Source of the DNA: an uncultured virus (IMG/VR IMGVR_UViG_3300037692_000302)
Taxonomy: Duplodnaviria > Heunggongvirae > Uroviricota > Caudoviricetes
IMG/VR virus record: IMGVR_UViG_3300037692_000302
Reading direction: 5' to 3' (one strand)
Length of the DNA: 64,000 nt
The first letter of the stretch is position 1. Every line of letters starts with the position of its first letter. Shown piece by piece: positions 36,304-45,755 of the stretch. The notes beneath the pieces were generated by a model, which saw only the letters and a list, made by a program, of their open reading frames with translations, did no database searches and had not been told where the DNA came from. The position numbers were made by a program, and so were the translations under genes.

Positions 36304-36696
36304 ATGTTCACGGTGTCGACTAGCTTCAACCTCGACCGGACTCGCATCGAACGCATGCTGCGCCTGCCCGGCGGCCTGGTCTACCGCAACATGGAACGCC
36401 GCGTCCGCCGCGTCGAAGCCGAAGCCATCCGCCGAGCGCCCGGCCGCATGGGACGTGACATCCGCGCACAGATCCAGCGCGGCCCCGGCGGCGACTTCCG
36501 AGGAGTCATCAACGTCCGTCACCCCGCAGCCATCTATGTCACCGGGGGAACGCGCCCGCATCAGATCCGTCCGCGCAGGCCAGGCGGCGTTTTGCGGTTC
36601 ACGGTGAACGGACAGGTCGTGTACGCGCGGCTCGTCAACCATCCCGGTACGAAACCCAACGACTTCCTACGGCAGGCGTTGCGCGCTGCCCTGTAA
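36304..36696 (+). CDS. neck protein (HK97 gp10-like)
   Basis: GTRPH.IRP...LRF...V.HPGT.PN.FL. Confidence 0.65.
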   Translation: MFTVSTSFNLDRTRIERMLRLPGGLVYRNMERRVRRVEAEAIRRAPGRMGRDIRAQIQRGPGGDFRGVINVRHPAAIYVTGGTRPHQIRPRRPGGVLRFTVNGQVVYARLVNHPGTKPNDFLRQALRAAL

Positions 36697-36700
36697 CGCT

Positions 36701-36733
36701 CCGGAATGATCATGCGCGGGCGGTACCTACCGT
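36701..36733 (+). promoter_or_regulatory. putative late promoter, leaderless to the tail chaperone
   Basis: CCGGAATGATC, TACCGT at +27, ATG 7 nt later. Confidence 0.7.
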
Positions 36734-36740
36734 CCACCCC

Positions 36741-37190
36741 ATGACCGACATCGCCGCCACCCCAACACCCATCATGGACTTCACCGAGGAACACCAGCGC
36801 GTCCTCTTCCGCATCGACGACGACGTCTTCGAAGCCGCACGCGCCCTCCCCGGGAAAACCCTCGCCCGCTTCGCATCCCGCTTCGCCAACGTGGAGAAAG
36901 CCGGCCACGAGGAGCAGATCAACGCGATTGGCGACGCCCTCGGCCTAGTCCTCCTGCCCGACTCCAACGCCCGCTTCCAGAAACGGCTGGAAGACCTCGA
37001 AAACCCCATCGGCCTGGAGCAGGCCGGACGCATCATCGAGTGGCTTATGGAGCAGTACGGCCACCGCCCTACCGAGCCGTCCTCGGACTCGTCCACTGGG
37101 CCAGCCAGCCCGGTATCTGGCACGAGCTCGACGGACGCGCAGCCGCAGCCGGTATCGATCCCGGCGACCTTCCAGCCGACCGCTTCCTGA
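36741..37190 (+). CDS. tail assembly chaperone
   Basis: Precedes tape measure; overlapped by a -1 frame ORF. Confidence 0.75.
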   Translation: MTDIAATPTPIMDFTEEHQRVLFRIDDDVFEAARALPGKTLARFASRFANVEKAGHEEQINAIGDALGLVLLPDSNARFQKRLEDLENPIGLEQAGRIIEWLMEQYGHRPTEPSSDSSTGPASPVSGTSSTDAQPQPVSIPATFQPTAS

Positions 37191-37423
37191 ACCTCATCTA
37201 CGCCGAAATGCTTCAGCGCCTGCATGTCCGCGAGGGACAGACACCGGATGCCGCCCGCAAGCGGTTCGACGGGCAGCTCGACGTGCGCGCGTGGGCGACA
37301 CCCGGCACCGAGGCCAAGGAAACCGTGGCCCGGGACCCGAAGGCCCCGTGGTGGTGGGACAACGCTGAAGACGCCAGCCAGCCCTTCATGGCTATGGCCC
37401 GCGCGAGGGGAATGATCGAATGA
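37065..37423 (+). CDS. tail assembly chaperone C-terminal extension (-1 frameshift product)
   Basis: -1 frame open up to the tape-measure start; no clear RBS; boundary approximate. Confidence 0.55.
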
Positions 37424-40400
37424 GCAGCCCCGCCGGAGACGGCCTCGTCGGTGACGCCAGCATTCGCGTCGACGCCAACACCGACCCGGCGGTCCTCGCC
37501 CTGGCCCGTTTCTCACGCGACGCCCAAGGCCGCATCCGTGACGTCCGCGGCCGGTTCGTGGCCGACGGCACGATCATCAACCGGTCGCTCATCAGCGCAG
37601 CCGGAGGAGGCGACCGCTTCGGCGGATCACTGCGTTCCCTGGCATCCGTCGCGGGCAGCGTAGGCGGGATCCTCGGCAAAGTCGGCCTGACCCTCGGCAA
37701 AGTTGGTGCCGCCGCCGGTACCGCGGCCCCGCTCCTCGCGGGCATCGTGACCACGTTGCAGAACGTCGCCCCCGCCGGCGCGGTCGCGGTTACCGGAATG
37801 CTCGCCGTCACCCAGGCATCGGCTGCTATCAAGCTCGGCATGGTCGGCGTGGAGGAAGCCGTCAGCTCGGCCTTCGACACCAGCGAGGAAGGCGCGAAAA
37901 AGTTCGACGAGGCGCTGAAGAAGCTCGCACCGAACGCCCGCGCCTTCGCCCTCCAGGTCCGCACTCTGGCTCCGGCGTTCCGCGAATTTCAGCAGGGCGT
38001 ACAGAACAAGCTGTTCACCGGACTCAGCCAGGAACTCGGACGGCTCTCCACGTCCGTGCTCCCCGTCCTGCGCAAGAACATCAACGACACGGCCACCACC
38101 CTCAACCGCATGGCGCTCGGCGCCACCGGAGCGGCCCGCTCACTCGCCACCAGCGGCACCCTCGGCAAGGCGATGGCCGGCGCGAACCAGGGTCTGGCGA
38201 ACCTACAGAAGACCCCTGGGCAGGTCGTCACGGCACTGGGGCAGCTCGCGGCTGCGGGTGCGCCGGCGTTCGACCGCTTGACGGGTGCGGTAGCCGACGT
38301 TGCGACGAAGATCAGTGACCGGCTCAGCGGGGCGTTCAAATCCGGCGCGTTGGAGGACGCCGTCAATACGGCGGTCGATCTGCTGAAGGATCTCGGCACG
38401 GTCGTCAGCAATGTGTTCGGGGCGCTCGGCAATATCCTGGCCCCGGTCCAGGCGGCTGGAGGCGGTCTCGTCGGCACCCTCGTGGAGATCACTGGGGCGT
38501 TGAAGGACGCGACGGGGACGCAAGCATTCCAGTCCGCGATCGGATCCCTCGCGGGCGTCATGGGCACCCTCGCGCGCACCGTCGGCCCGCTGCTGGGGCA
38601 GGTCCTGTCTACGATCGCCCCGATCTTCATCGAACTCGGCCCTCCCGTCGAGCGGCTCATCACGGCCCTCGGCGCGGGACTGTCCCCGATCATCACCGGA
38701 CTGCGCCCAGTCCTGGCCGCGGCCGCTGACGCGCTCGGTGTTCTCATCGACGCCGTCTCCCCCCTCCTGCCCATCGTCGGCAACCTCATCGCGTCGCTGC
38801 TGCCGCCACTGGTGCCGCTACTGCTGTCCATTGGCGACGTGTTCGCGCAGGCCGCCCCGATCGTGAAGCTGGTAGCCGACGTCCTGGCCAGGGCACTCGC
38901 GCCGATCTTCGCCCAGCTCCCGGCGATCATCACACCGGTGGCGAACCTGTTGACCATGCTCGCCGGGACCCTCTTCCCGGTCCTCGCCCAAGTTGTCCTC
39001 GCGATCGCCCCGTCACTCACACGCATCGGCCAGTCATTCGGGCAGCTCCTCGCCGCCGTCGCACCGTTGCTGACGATCCTGGGCGAACTCATTGGCGGCG
39101 TTCTCGTGGCCCTGTTGCCGCTCCTCACGCCGATCATCGACATGGTGGCGCAGCTCGCCGCCGTGTTCGCCGACCAGCTCGCGAATGCCCTCAACAACGT
39201 GGTCATCCCTGCGGTGCAGTTGGTGACAGCACTGTTGCAGGGTGACGCGTCGGCTGCATGGCAGGCCTTCAAGGACCTCCTCGGTGGAATCGTCCGCTAC
39301 CTGATCGATTCGTTCAAGAACTTCGGCCGCGTCATCGGGATCGTCCTCAGCACCCTCCTCGACGTGGTGAAGCAGCTACCCGGCAAGATTTTTGCCGCAC
39401 TCAGTGTTCTCTTCGGTGGCCTCTTCCAGATCGGCAAGGTCGCCTGGGACCGCTTCAAGCAGGTTGCCATCGCGGGCGGCCTCGCAGTGATCACCTTCGC
39501 CCGATCCCTGCCCGGACGTGTACGCAGCGCACTCACCAGCCTCGGCGGCCTCCTCGCCACCTTGGCAAGCGGCGCCCTGAACCGCTTCAACTCCGCCGTA
39601 CGCACCGGCGCAGACAAAGCCATCGCCTTCGCCCGCGGCATCCCCGGCAAGATCCGCAGCGGCTTCGGCGCCGTCGGCGGTTTCCTGGCCAGCGCAGGCC
39701 GCGACCTCATCCGAGGAATGATCAACGGCGTCAAGGACATGGCCGGAAGCCTCATCTCCGCAGCCAAGGACGTAGTCGGCGGAGCCATCGACGGAGCCAA
39801 GAGCCTGCTGGGGATCAGCTCTCCGTCGAAGGTATTCGCCGAGATCGGACGCGACACCGGGCGCGGCTTCATCAACGGCCTCACCGGAACCCGCGACCAG
39901 ATCAACCGCACCGCCACCACGATCGCGGCCAGCATCACCAAAGCATTCCGCGGACAAGCCACCCGCACCGACGACCGCCTCGTCACCCTCGTCCAGCAGG
40001 GCAACCGGCGCTTGCAGACCCTGGCCCGCGAACGCGACCGGATCGCCCAGCAGATCGCCGCCGCCCAAAAGTTCGCGGGCGACCTCGCGCAGCGCGCCAG
40101 CGCATCCTTCTCCCTGTCGTCCCTGGCCGGACAGGAAGGCCTCAGCGCGGGCACGATCGAGGCCGGCCTGCGGCGCGGGAACAAGGCGATCCAGGACTTC
40201 GCGAAAAATATCCGCGCACTCCAGGCCAAGGGACTGTCCAAGGGACTGCTGCGGCAGTTGCTGGAGTTGGGCCCGGAGCAGGGCGGGGCGCTCGCACAGA
40301 CCCTCGCCGATCAGGGCAAGGACTACATCAAGCGGATCAACTCGTTGCAGGGCAGCGTCACGCGGTCCAGTACGGCGCTCGGCAAGCTCGGCGCGGATGC

Positions 40401-40893
40401 CCTGTTCGATGCGGGCAAGGAGGCCGGCCGGGGTTTCCTGACGGGGTTGCGGGCGCAGCAGAAGCAGATCGAGCAGCTGATGCTGTCGATCGCGAAGGGC
40501 ATGCAGAAGGCGATCCGGAAAGCTTTGGGTATCAAGTCCCCGAGCACGGTGATGGCCGAGGTGGGCCGACAGTCGACGCTCGGTCTCGCGCTCGGCCTGA
40601 AGGACCGCCTGCCGCAGGTGCAGCAAGCGGTGGCCGCACTGTCGAGCAGCGTCGCCGGGACGACAGGGAACCTGCGCGCGGGTGTACCTGCGCTCGCCGG
40701 GGTCGGGGCGCTCCCGGTCGGCACCTCGCGTACGGGCACCGGAGGAGCGACGGTGGTCAACTACAACTACAACCTGAACCTGACCAACCGCGGCGTGATC
40801 AGCAGCAAGCAGGAATTCCGCGACTACCTCATTCGCGAACTCGACACCCTGCGCCGCCTCAACAAACTTCCCACCGCCAAAAGGGGAGGCTGA
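37420..40893 (+). CDS. tape measure protein
   Basis: 1157 aa, Ala/Gly/Leu helical repeats; LGISSPSKV and LGIKSPSTV motifs. Confidence 0.92.
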   Translation: MSSPAGDGLVGDASIRVDANTDPAVLALARFSRDAQGRIRDVRGRFVADGTIINRSLISAAGGGDRFGGSLRSLASVAGSVGGILGKVGLTLGKVGAAAGTAAPLLAGIVTTLQNVAPAGAVAVTGMLAVTQASAAIKLGMVGVEEAVSSAFDTSEEGAKKFDEALKKLAPNARAFALQVRTLAPAFREFQQGVQNKLFTGLSQELGRLSTSVLPVLRKNINDTATTLNRMALGATGAARSLATSGTLGKAMAGANQGLANLQKTPGQVVTALGQLAAAGAPAFDRLTGAVADVATKISDRLSGAFKSGALEDAVNTAVDLLKDLGTVVSNVFGALGNILAPVQAAGGGLVGTLVEITGALKDATGTQAFQSAIGSLAGVMGTLARTVGPLLGQVLSTIAPIFIELGPPVERLITALGAGLSPIITGLRPVLAAAADALGVLIDAVSPLLPIVGNLIASLLPPLVPLLLSIGDVFAQAAPIVKLVADVLARALAPIFAQLPAIITPVANLLTMLAGTLFPVLAQVVLAIAPSLTRIGQSFGQLLAAVAPLLTILGELIGGVLVALLPLLTPIIDMVAQLAAVFADQLANALNNVVIPAVQLVTALLQGDASAAWQAFKDLLGGIVRYLIDSFKNFGRVIGIVLSTLLDVVKQLPGKIFAALSVLFGGLFQIGKVAWDRFKQVAIAGGLAVITFARSLPGRVRSALTSLGGLLATLASGALNRFNSAVRTGADKAIAFARGIPGKIRSGFGAVGGFLASAGRDLIRGMINGVKDMAGSLISAAKDVVGGAIDGAKSLLGISSPSKVFAEIGRDTGRGFINGLTGTRDQINRTATTIAASITKAFRGQATRTDDRLVTLVQQGNRRLQTLARERDRIAQQIAAAQKFAGDLAQRASASFSLSSLAGQEGLSAGTIEAGLRRGNKAIQDFAKNIRALQAKGLSKGLLRQLLELGPEQGGALAQTLADQGKDYIKRINSLQGSVTRSSTALGKLGADALFDAGKEAGRGFLTGLRAQQKQIEQLMLSIAKGMQKAIRKALGIKSPSTVMAEVGRQSTLGLALGLKDRLPQVQQAVAALSSSVAGTTGNLRAGVPALAGVGALPVGTSRTGTGGATVVNYNYNLNLTNRGVISSKQEFRDYLIRELDTLRRLNKLPTAKRGG

Positions 40894-40896
40894 CCC

Positions 40897-41664
40897 GTGC
40901 CCTGCTCCACCACCACCACCTACGAGATGGCCGTCGACTGGCAGAACGACGGCACCTTCACCGGCCCGCACGACGACGTCACCGACGATGTCCTCGACAG
41001 CGGCGTCACCGTCACCTACGGCCGCGAGCAGGGACGCCAACTGTCCCCGGGCGCCGTGGGCGGCACGGAGATGATCCTGTGCAACGCGAGTCGCCTCTAC
41101 TCCCCGGAAAGCCCCGACAGTCCTATCGCGGCAGACATCGGGCCTGCCCGCCCTGTCCGCTTCCAGGTCACCCAGGACAGCACCACCTACCCGCTCTTCA
41201 CCGGCCGCGTCGACGACTTCACCCTCCGCGCTGACTACACCAACCGCTCCGCGGACATCAGCGCCCTCGACGGACTCGCCCTCCTCCAAGGCCTCGACAT
41301 CACCACCGAAATCCTCACCGCACCTCGCACCGGGCAGATCATCGACCGTATCCTCGACGCCGTCGGCTGGACCGCCGCCCGCGACCTCGACCCCGGCGCC
41401 ACCCACCCCCGCTACTGGTGGGCCGACAGCGAAGACGCCTTCGACGCATTGCAGGCCGTGGTGCGGTCGGAGGGCCCGCCGGCCATCGCCTATGTGGCAC
41501 CGGACGGCACGTTCACGTACCGGGACCGGCACCACCGGCTGCTGCATGCGGCTTCAGTGACATCGCAGGCCACGTACTCGTCAGGCGCTTTGGGCGAGTG
41601 CTGTACGACGTTCGGATATGGCACGGGCGGCTACGGTGAGTGTGGCTATGGAGGTGGCACCTGA
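40897..41664 (+). CDS. minor tail protein, N-terminal part
   Basis: VDW..DG.F; YGR; LFTG.VDD; SEG....Y...DG.F.YRDR; follows tape measure. Confidence 0.7.
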   Translation: MPCSTTTTYEMAVDWQNDGTFTGPHDDVTDDVLDSGVTVTYGREQGRQLSPGAVGGTEMILCNASRLYSPESPDSPIAADIGPARPVRFQVTQDSTTYPLFTGRVDDFTLRADYTNRSADISALDGLALLQGLDITTEILTAPRTGQIIDRILDAVGWTAARDLDPGATHPRYWWADSEDAFDALQAVVRSEGPPAIAYVAPDGTFTYRDRHHRLLHAASVTSQATYSSGALGECCTTFGYGTGGYGECGYGGGT

Positions 41665-43376
41665 TGACGTTCACGCCGATCGCATTCGGAACGCAGAGCT
41701 GGCATACGCCGCTCAATGCCGCGTTGCAGGACTTGCAGGACCAGATCAATGACTGGCAGATCATCAATGTCGTCGAGTTCGGAGCGGCCGGGGATGGTAC
41801 GACGGATGACACGACGGCTATCCAGGCGGCACTTGACGCCGCGTACACAGACTCCGCTACCGTCCCGCAGGGCCGTACGGTGTACCTTCCCGCAGGCACG
41901 TTCCGCATATCGGCGCCACTGACCATTCCGCCGTACGTGACCCTGCGGGGCCCATACGCCATGCGCGGGACCAACATCCAGAAGAGCATCATCAAACCGA
42001 TGTCCACGTTCAGCGGCACAGCGGTTCTCACCATGGTCAGCGCCGCGTCGGGCGGCTACCTCACCCGGTCTGAAGGACAGCGGTTCGTCGATATCACCAT
42101 TGACGGTGACGTACTGCCGGGTACAACCACAGGCATCCTGGCCACGGGCGACGTACACGGTGTGGTCATGCACAATGTCAGCATTGACGCGGTGACCGAC
42201 CGGGGCGTTCAGACTGTCACTGACGGCTCGGGCAATCCGTTCTCCTGGTATCTGAACAACGTCCAGGTTTCCACCGCAACCCTAGACGGATTCCGCCTCG
42301 CGAGCGCAACCGACAGTACCCTCATCGACTGCCGCGCCATCGGATGCGGCCGGCACGGATATTACGTCAGTGCTATGGCCAACTCCATCTTCACCGACTG
42401 CCGGTCCGAATTCTCTGGTCAGCAGGGCTGGAATATCGCCGACAGTTGGGGTACCGGCACCGGGTCCGGCGGAGCCGTATGGAATGGCTGCACCACCGAC
42501 CGCAGCGAACGCAACGGCTTCCTGATCACCGCGACCGGCTCCGCCACCCTCCAGTTCAACGGCATCGTCTGCCGCCGTGATGGCCGCAACGCCAATGGCG
42601 GTGGTGGCGGATACGCTGGATTCGCCGCCAGTTCTGCTACCGCCCCAGTCCAGGTTGACGGCCTCGTCGTCTACCCCGGCGTGGACGATGACGGAACCGG
42701 AACCAACTCGCCGCAGATCGGATTTATCTCCACCGGTTCCACCTGGGTCAGCCTGGGATCCGGATATCTCCACGCTCAGACCACGGCGTTCACCGACGGT
42801 GGCACCAACACCTTCCTGCAGCGCGGCCCCGGCGTGGGCCTGGCCACCGGTTCAACGACGGCACCCACCCGGTCCGCCACAGAGCCCTGGAACTTCGCGG
42901 GACCTGTCACCGTGACCCAGGGGGGTTATCTGGCGAGCCGTGGCGCTTCCACCAACGCAGCCCTGGAAGCTCAAGTCACTGGTGACTCTGTGACGCGGTG
43001 GAATGTTCAAGCCAGCGGTGACACATCCTGGGGTTCCGGCTCAGCGACCCGGGACATCACGCTGGGTCGGAGCGCCGCGAACACGCTGTCCCTGACTACC
43101 GCCAATCTTCGCATCGCCACAGCGGGCCGGGGACTCCAGGTCGCCGAGGGTGCCAACGCGAAGATGGGGACAGCCGTCCTGGTGGCAGGCACAGTCACGG
43201 TCGCCACGACTGCGGTGACGGCCAACTCCCGCATCTACCTCACCTCCCAGGTGGACGGCGGCACGCCAGGCTTCCAGCGCGTGTCCGCGCGCGTGGCCGC
43301 AACCTCGTTCACCATCACCAGCTCCAACGCCGCCGACACATCGACGGTGGCATGGATGATTGTGGAGCCCGCTTGA
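41664..43376 (+). CDS. tail spike or fibre with pectin-lyase-like beta-helix
   Basis: NVVEFGAAGDGTTDDTTAIQAALD; VYLPAGTFRI; Gly/Asn/Thr repeats. Confidence 0.85.
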   Translation: MTFTPIAFGTQSWHTPLNAALQDLQDQINDWQIINVVEFGAAGDGTTDDTTAIQAALDAAYTDSATVPQGRTVYLPAGTFRISAPLTIPPYVTLRGPYAMRGTNIQKSIIKPMSTFSGTAVLTMVSAASGGYLTRSEGQRFVDITIDGDVLPGTTTGILATGDVHGVVMHNVSIDAVTDRGVQTVTDGSGNPFSWYLNNVQVSTATLDGFRLASATDSTLIDCRAIGCGRHGYYVSAMANSIFTDCRSEFSGQQGWNIADSWGTGTGSGGAVWNGCTTDRSERNGFLITATGSATLQFNGIVCRRDGRNANGGGGGYAGFAASSATAPVQVDGLVVYPGVDDDGTGTNSPQIGFISTGSTWVSLGSGYLHAQTTAFTDGGTNTFLQRGPGVGLATGSTTAPTRSATEPWNFAGPVTVTQGGYLASRGASTNAALEAQVTGDSVTRWNVQASGDTSWGSGSATRDITLGRSAANTLSLTTANLRIATAGRGLQVAEGANAKMGTAVLVAGTVTVATTAVTANSRIYLTSQVDGGTPGFQRVSARVAATSFTITSSNAADTSTVAWMIVEPA

Positions 43377-44242
43377 TGGACTTCGACTACACGGCGCCGT
43401 TCGAGTACGAGCACGGCTGGCGCGACATCATCAACTCTGTCGAGCTCGACATCGCCGACCGGATACCGGAATCGGCGCCGTCGGTGGTGTGGGAATACGG
43501 CTCCCCGCTAACCCTCACCTCGGGAGAAACCCGTGAGGTGGAGGCCGCGGCTTCGGACCCGTTCATCAACGCCATCGTCCCGGTCGCCGACACCGACTAC
43601 ACCACCGCCGGCGGCACCCTCACGGTGACGCTGACGCGTACGTCGGGGCAGTCCACCGGAGTACGGCTGACAGCGGTGGGGGCGGTCACAGTGAACGGCC
43701 TCCAACTGCGCGCCACCTCCCTGCCGGAAGCCAGCACCACGAAGATTTCACAGATGGACCCGGCGTCCGTGTCCACGCACGGACAGCGCACCTACCAGCA
43801 GGGCGTCCCCTGGGTGGCGTCCGCCGACGCGCTCGCGGTCGCGCAGCTCGTCATCGCGCACTACTCCACCCGGCGCCCCATCGTCCGTATCCGGGTCGTC
43901 TCCTGCGACGACGCGCATTTCGTGCAGGTCGTCACCCGCACGATCTCCGACCGGGTCAGGATCGCCAACGGCGAGCTGGGTCTCGATGAGGATTTCTTCA
44001 TCGAGCAGGTCACCCACACCGTCGACCGAATGAACCCGGAACGGCCGCCCGTGCACGCGGTGGTCCTCGGTTGTGAGCGCGTCCTGGTGGCGGCCACGAC
44101 GACGCCGTTCACGTTCGACCTTGCCGCGCACGGTTTCGACGACGGGTTCTTCGGCGGCATCGGAGTGGATGACCCGGACACGGTGTTCATCTTCGACGAC
44201 CCGGTTCGGGGCCAGTTCGATCTCGGAGTGTTCGGCACCTGA
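43376..44242 (+). CDS. minor tail protein, C-terminal part
   Basis: YEHGWRDIINSV; D..S...HG.R; ISDRV.I; FFIEQ..H. Confidence 0.65.
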   Translation: MDFDYTAPFEYEHGWRDIINSVELDIADRIPESAPSVVWEYGSPLTLTSGETREVEAAASDPFINAIVPVADTDYTTAGGTLTVTLTRTSGQSTGVRLTAVGAVTVNGLQLRATSLPEASTTKISQMDPASVSTHGQRTYQQGVPWVASADALAVAQLVIAHYSTRRPIVRIRVVSCDDAHFVQVVTRTISDRVRIANGELGLDEDFFIEQVTHTVDRMNPERPPVHAVVLGCERVLVAATTTPFTFDLAAHGFDDGFFGGIGVDDPDTVFIFDDPVRGQFDLGVFGT

Positions 44243-44244
44243 CT

Positions 44245-44277
44245 CCGGAACGATCATGTCCGGGGGGTGCCTACCGT
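44245..44277 (+). promoter_or_regulatory. putative late promoter, leaderless
   Basis: CCGGAACGATC, TACCGT at +27, ATG at 44285. Confidence 0.7.
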
Positions 44278-44284
44278 CCCCTCC

Positions 44285-44638
44285 ATGGCCCAACTCCTGA
44301 CAGCCGCAGCCCGCGCACGGGCCAGAGTCAACCACGGCAGGTGGATCGCCGACTGCCCGCGCCCCTACTGCGCCAACGCCGTCAAACTCGGCCCCCGCCA
44401 GGGCACATTCCACTGCGCGGGCGAAGGCGGCTGCCAGATGATCGCCGAGATTGAATGGCCCGGCGACGCCGACGGCATCTGGCAGGCACTGCTGGAGCGC
44501 CCGGTGCCCACCACCAGGAACTGGTACCCGCCCGAGCATGACGAGGCGGTGCGCCTCGGAATCCCCCACGGGCAGACACCGGCCGACCTGCGCGCGGAAC
44601 ACCGCGAGCACGATGAAGCCGCCGGGCTGGTGGGGTAG
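44285..44638 (+). CDS. hypothetical protein with four Cys
   Basis: VNHGRWIADCP..C; RP...RNW.P. Confidence 0.7.
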   Translation: MAQLLTAAARARARVNHGRWIADCPRPYCANAVKLGPRQGTFHCAGEGGCQMIAEIEWPGDADGIWQALLERPVPTTRNWYPPEHDEAVRLGIPHGQTPADLRAEHREHDEAAGLVG

Positions 44639-44640
44639 CC

Positions 44641-45186
44641 GTGGCCTGGACCGCACCCATGACAGCCGTCGCAAATAGCATTTTCACCGCTGCGCAGTTC
44701 AATCAGCACGTCCGCGACAACCTGAACGAAACCGCGCCCGCCAAAGCCGTCAACGCAGGCGGCTACTTCGTCACCACCGGCGTCAACGCCATCGCCGAAC
44801 GCACCGTCGCCTTCGACTTCGTCAACGCGAGCGAGTCGACCGGATCAACATCGTTCACCGACCTCGCCACCCCCGGACCAGCAGTCACCGCAACGACCGG
44901 ACCGATGGCACTCGTCATCGTGTACGGCCTCGTCTCCATCGACACCGCAGGCGTCAGCGCAGTAATGAGCTACGACGTCACCGGCGCCACCTCCGTCGCC
45001 GCATCCGACACCAGGTCCGTCAGCTACCAGCCGCCCAGCGTGGCCGCCGCCCGCTCCCTGCGCGCCTCCGCCATGACCGTGCAGGACGCCCTCACTCCGG
45101 GCTCGAACACATTCACCGCGAAATACCGGGTGACTGGCGGAGCAGGCAACTTCAACAACCGCCGCATCGCGGTCCTCCCCCTCTAG
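44641..45186 (+). CDS. minor tail or fibre protein, paralog 1
   Basis: MAWTAPMTA...FTAAQFN..VRDNL. Confidence 0.7.
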   Translation: MAWTAPMTAVANSIFTAAQFNQHVRDNLNETAPAKAVNAGGYFVTTGVNAIAERTVAFDFVNASESTGSTSFTDLATPGPAVTATTGPMALVIVYGLVSIDTAGVSAVMSYDVTGATSVAASDTRSVSYQPPSVAAARSLRASAMTVQDALTPGSNTFTAKYRVTGGAGNFNNRRIAVLPL

Positions 45187-45197
45187 GAGCAGCAGCG

Positions 45198-45740
45198 ATG
45201 GCGTGGACCGCACCCATGACGGCCATCAGCGGCAGCGTGTTCACCGCCGCCCAGTTCAACACTTTCGTGCGCGACAACCTCAACGAGACGGCACCCGCGA
45301 AGGCCACGACCGAGGGCCGGTACTTCGTCGCCGGCGGCCCGAACAGCATCAGCGAACGCGCCTGGGACACGGACATCATCAACACCATCGAGTCCACCAA
45401 CTCGACCTCGTACACGGACCTGACCACTACCGGACCGTCTGTCACCCTCACCACCGGCACCAGCGCCTTCGTGTTCGTCACCGCCCAACTCGTGTGCGAC
45501 ACCTCCGGCCAGACCGCCCGCACCACCTTCGCTGTCTCCGGGGCGACGACCCGTGCGGAGCTGGACTCCGAGGCCCTGCTGAATCTGCGGGTAGCCACCG
45601 GCAACGACCAGCGGTCCAGCGTCCTGTCCGGCGTCGGCGGCCTCACTCCGGGCAGCAACACGTTCACGATGAAGTACCGCACTTCCGGCGCATCCATCAG
45701 CACCTTCGGCAACCGGCGCATCCTCGTCATGGCGTTCTGA
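45198..45740 (+). CDS. minor tail or fibre protein, paralog 2
   Basis: Same N-terminus as 44641; LTPGSNTFT.KYR. Confidence 0.7.
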   Translation: MAWTAPMTAISGSVFTAAQFNTFVRDNLNETAPAKATTEGRYFVAGGPNSISERAWDTDIINTIESTNSTSYTDLTTTGPSVTLTTGTSAFVFVTAQLVCDTSGQTARTTFAVSGATTRAELDSEALLNLRVATGNDQRSSVLSGVGGLTPGSNTFTMKYRTSGASISTFGNRRILVMAF

Positions 45741-45755
45741 AAGGCAGCCCCACCC

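Noticed and set aside
44641..45740. Possible diversity-generating retroelement template/variable repeat pair
   Set aside because: Differences are synonymous and spread over all bases, not adenine-specific, and no reverse transcriptase is present in the window
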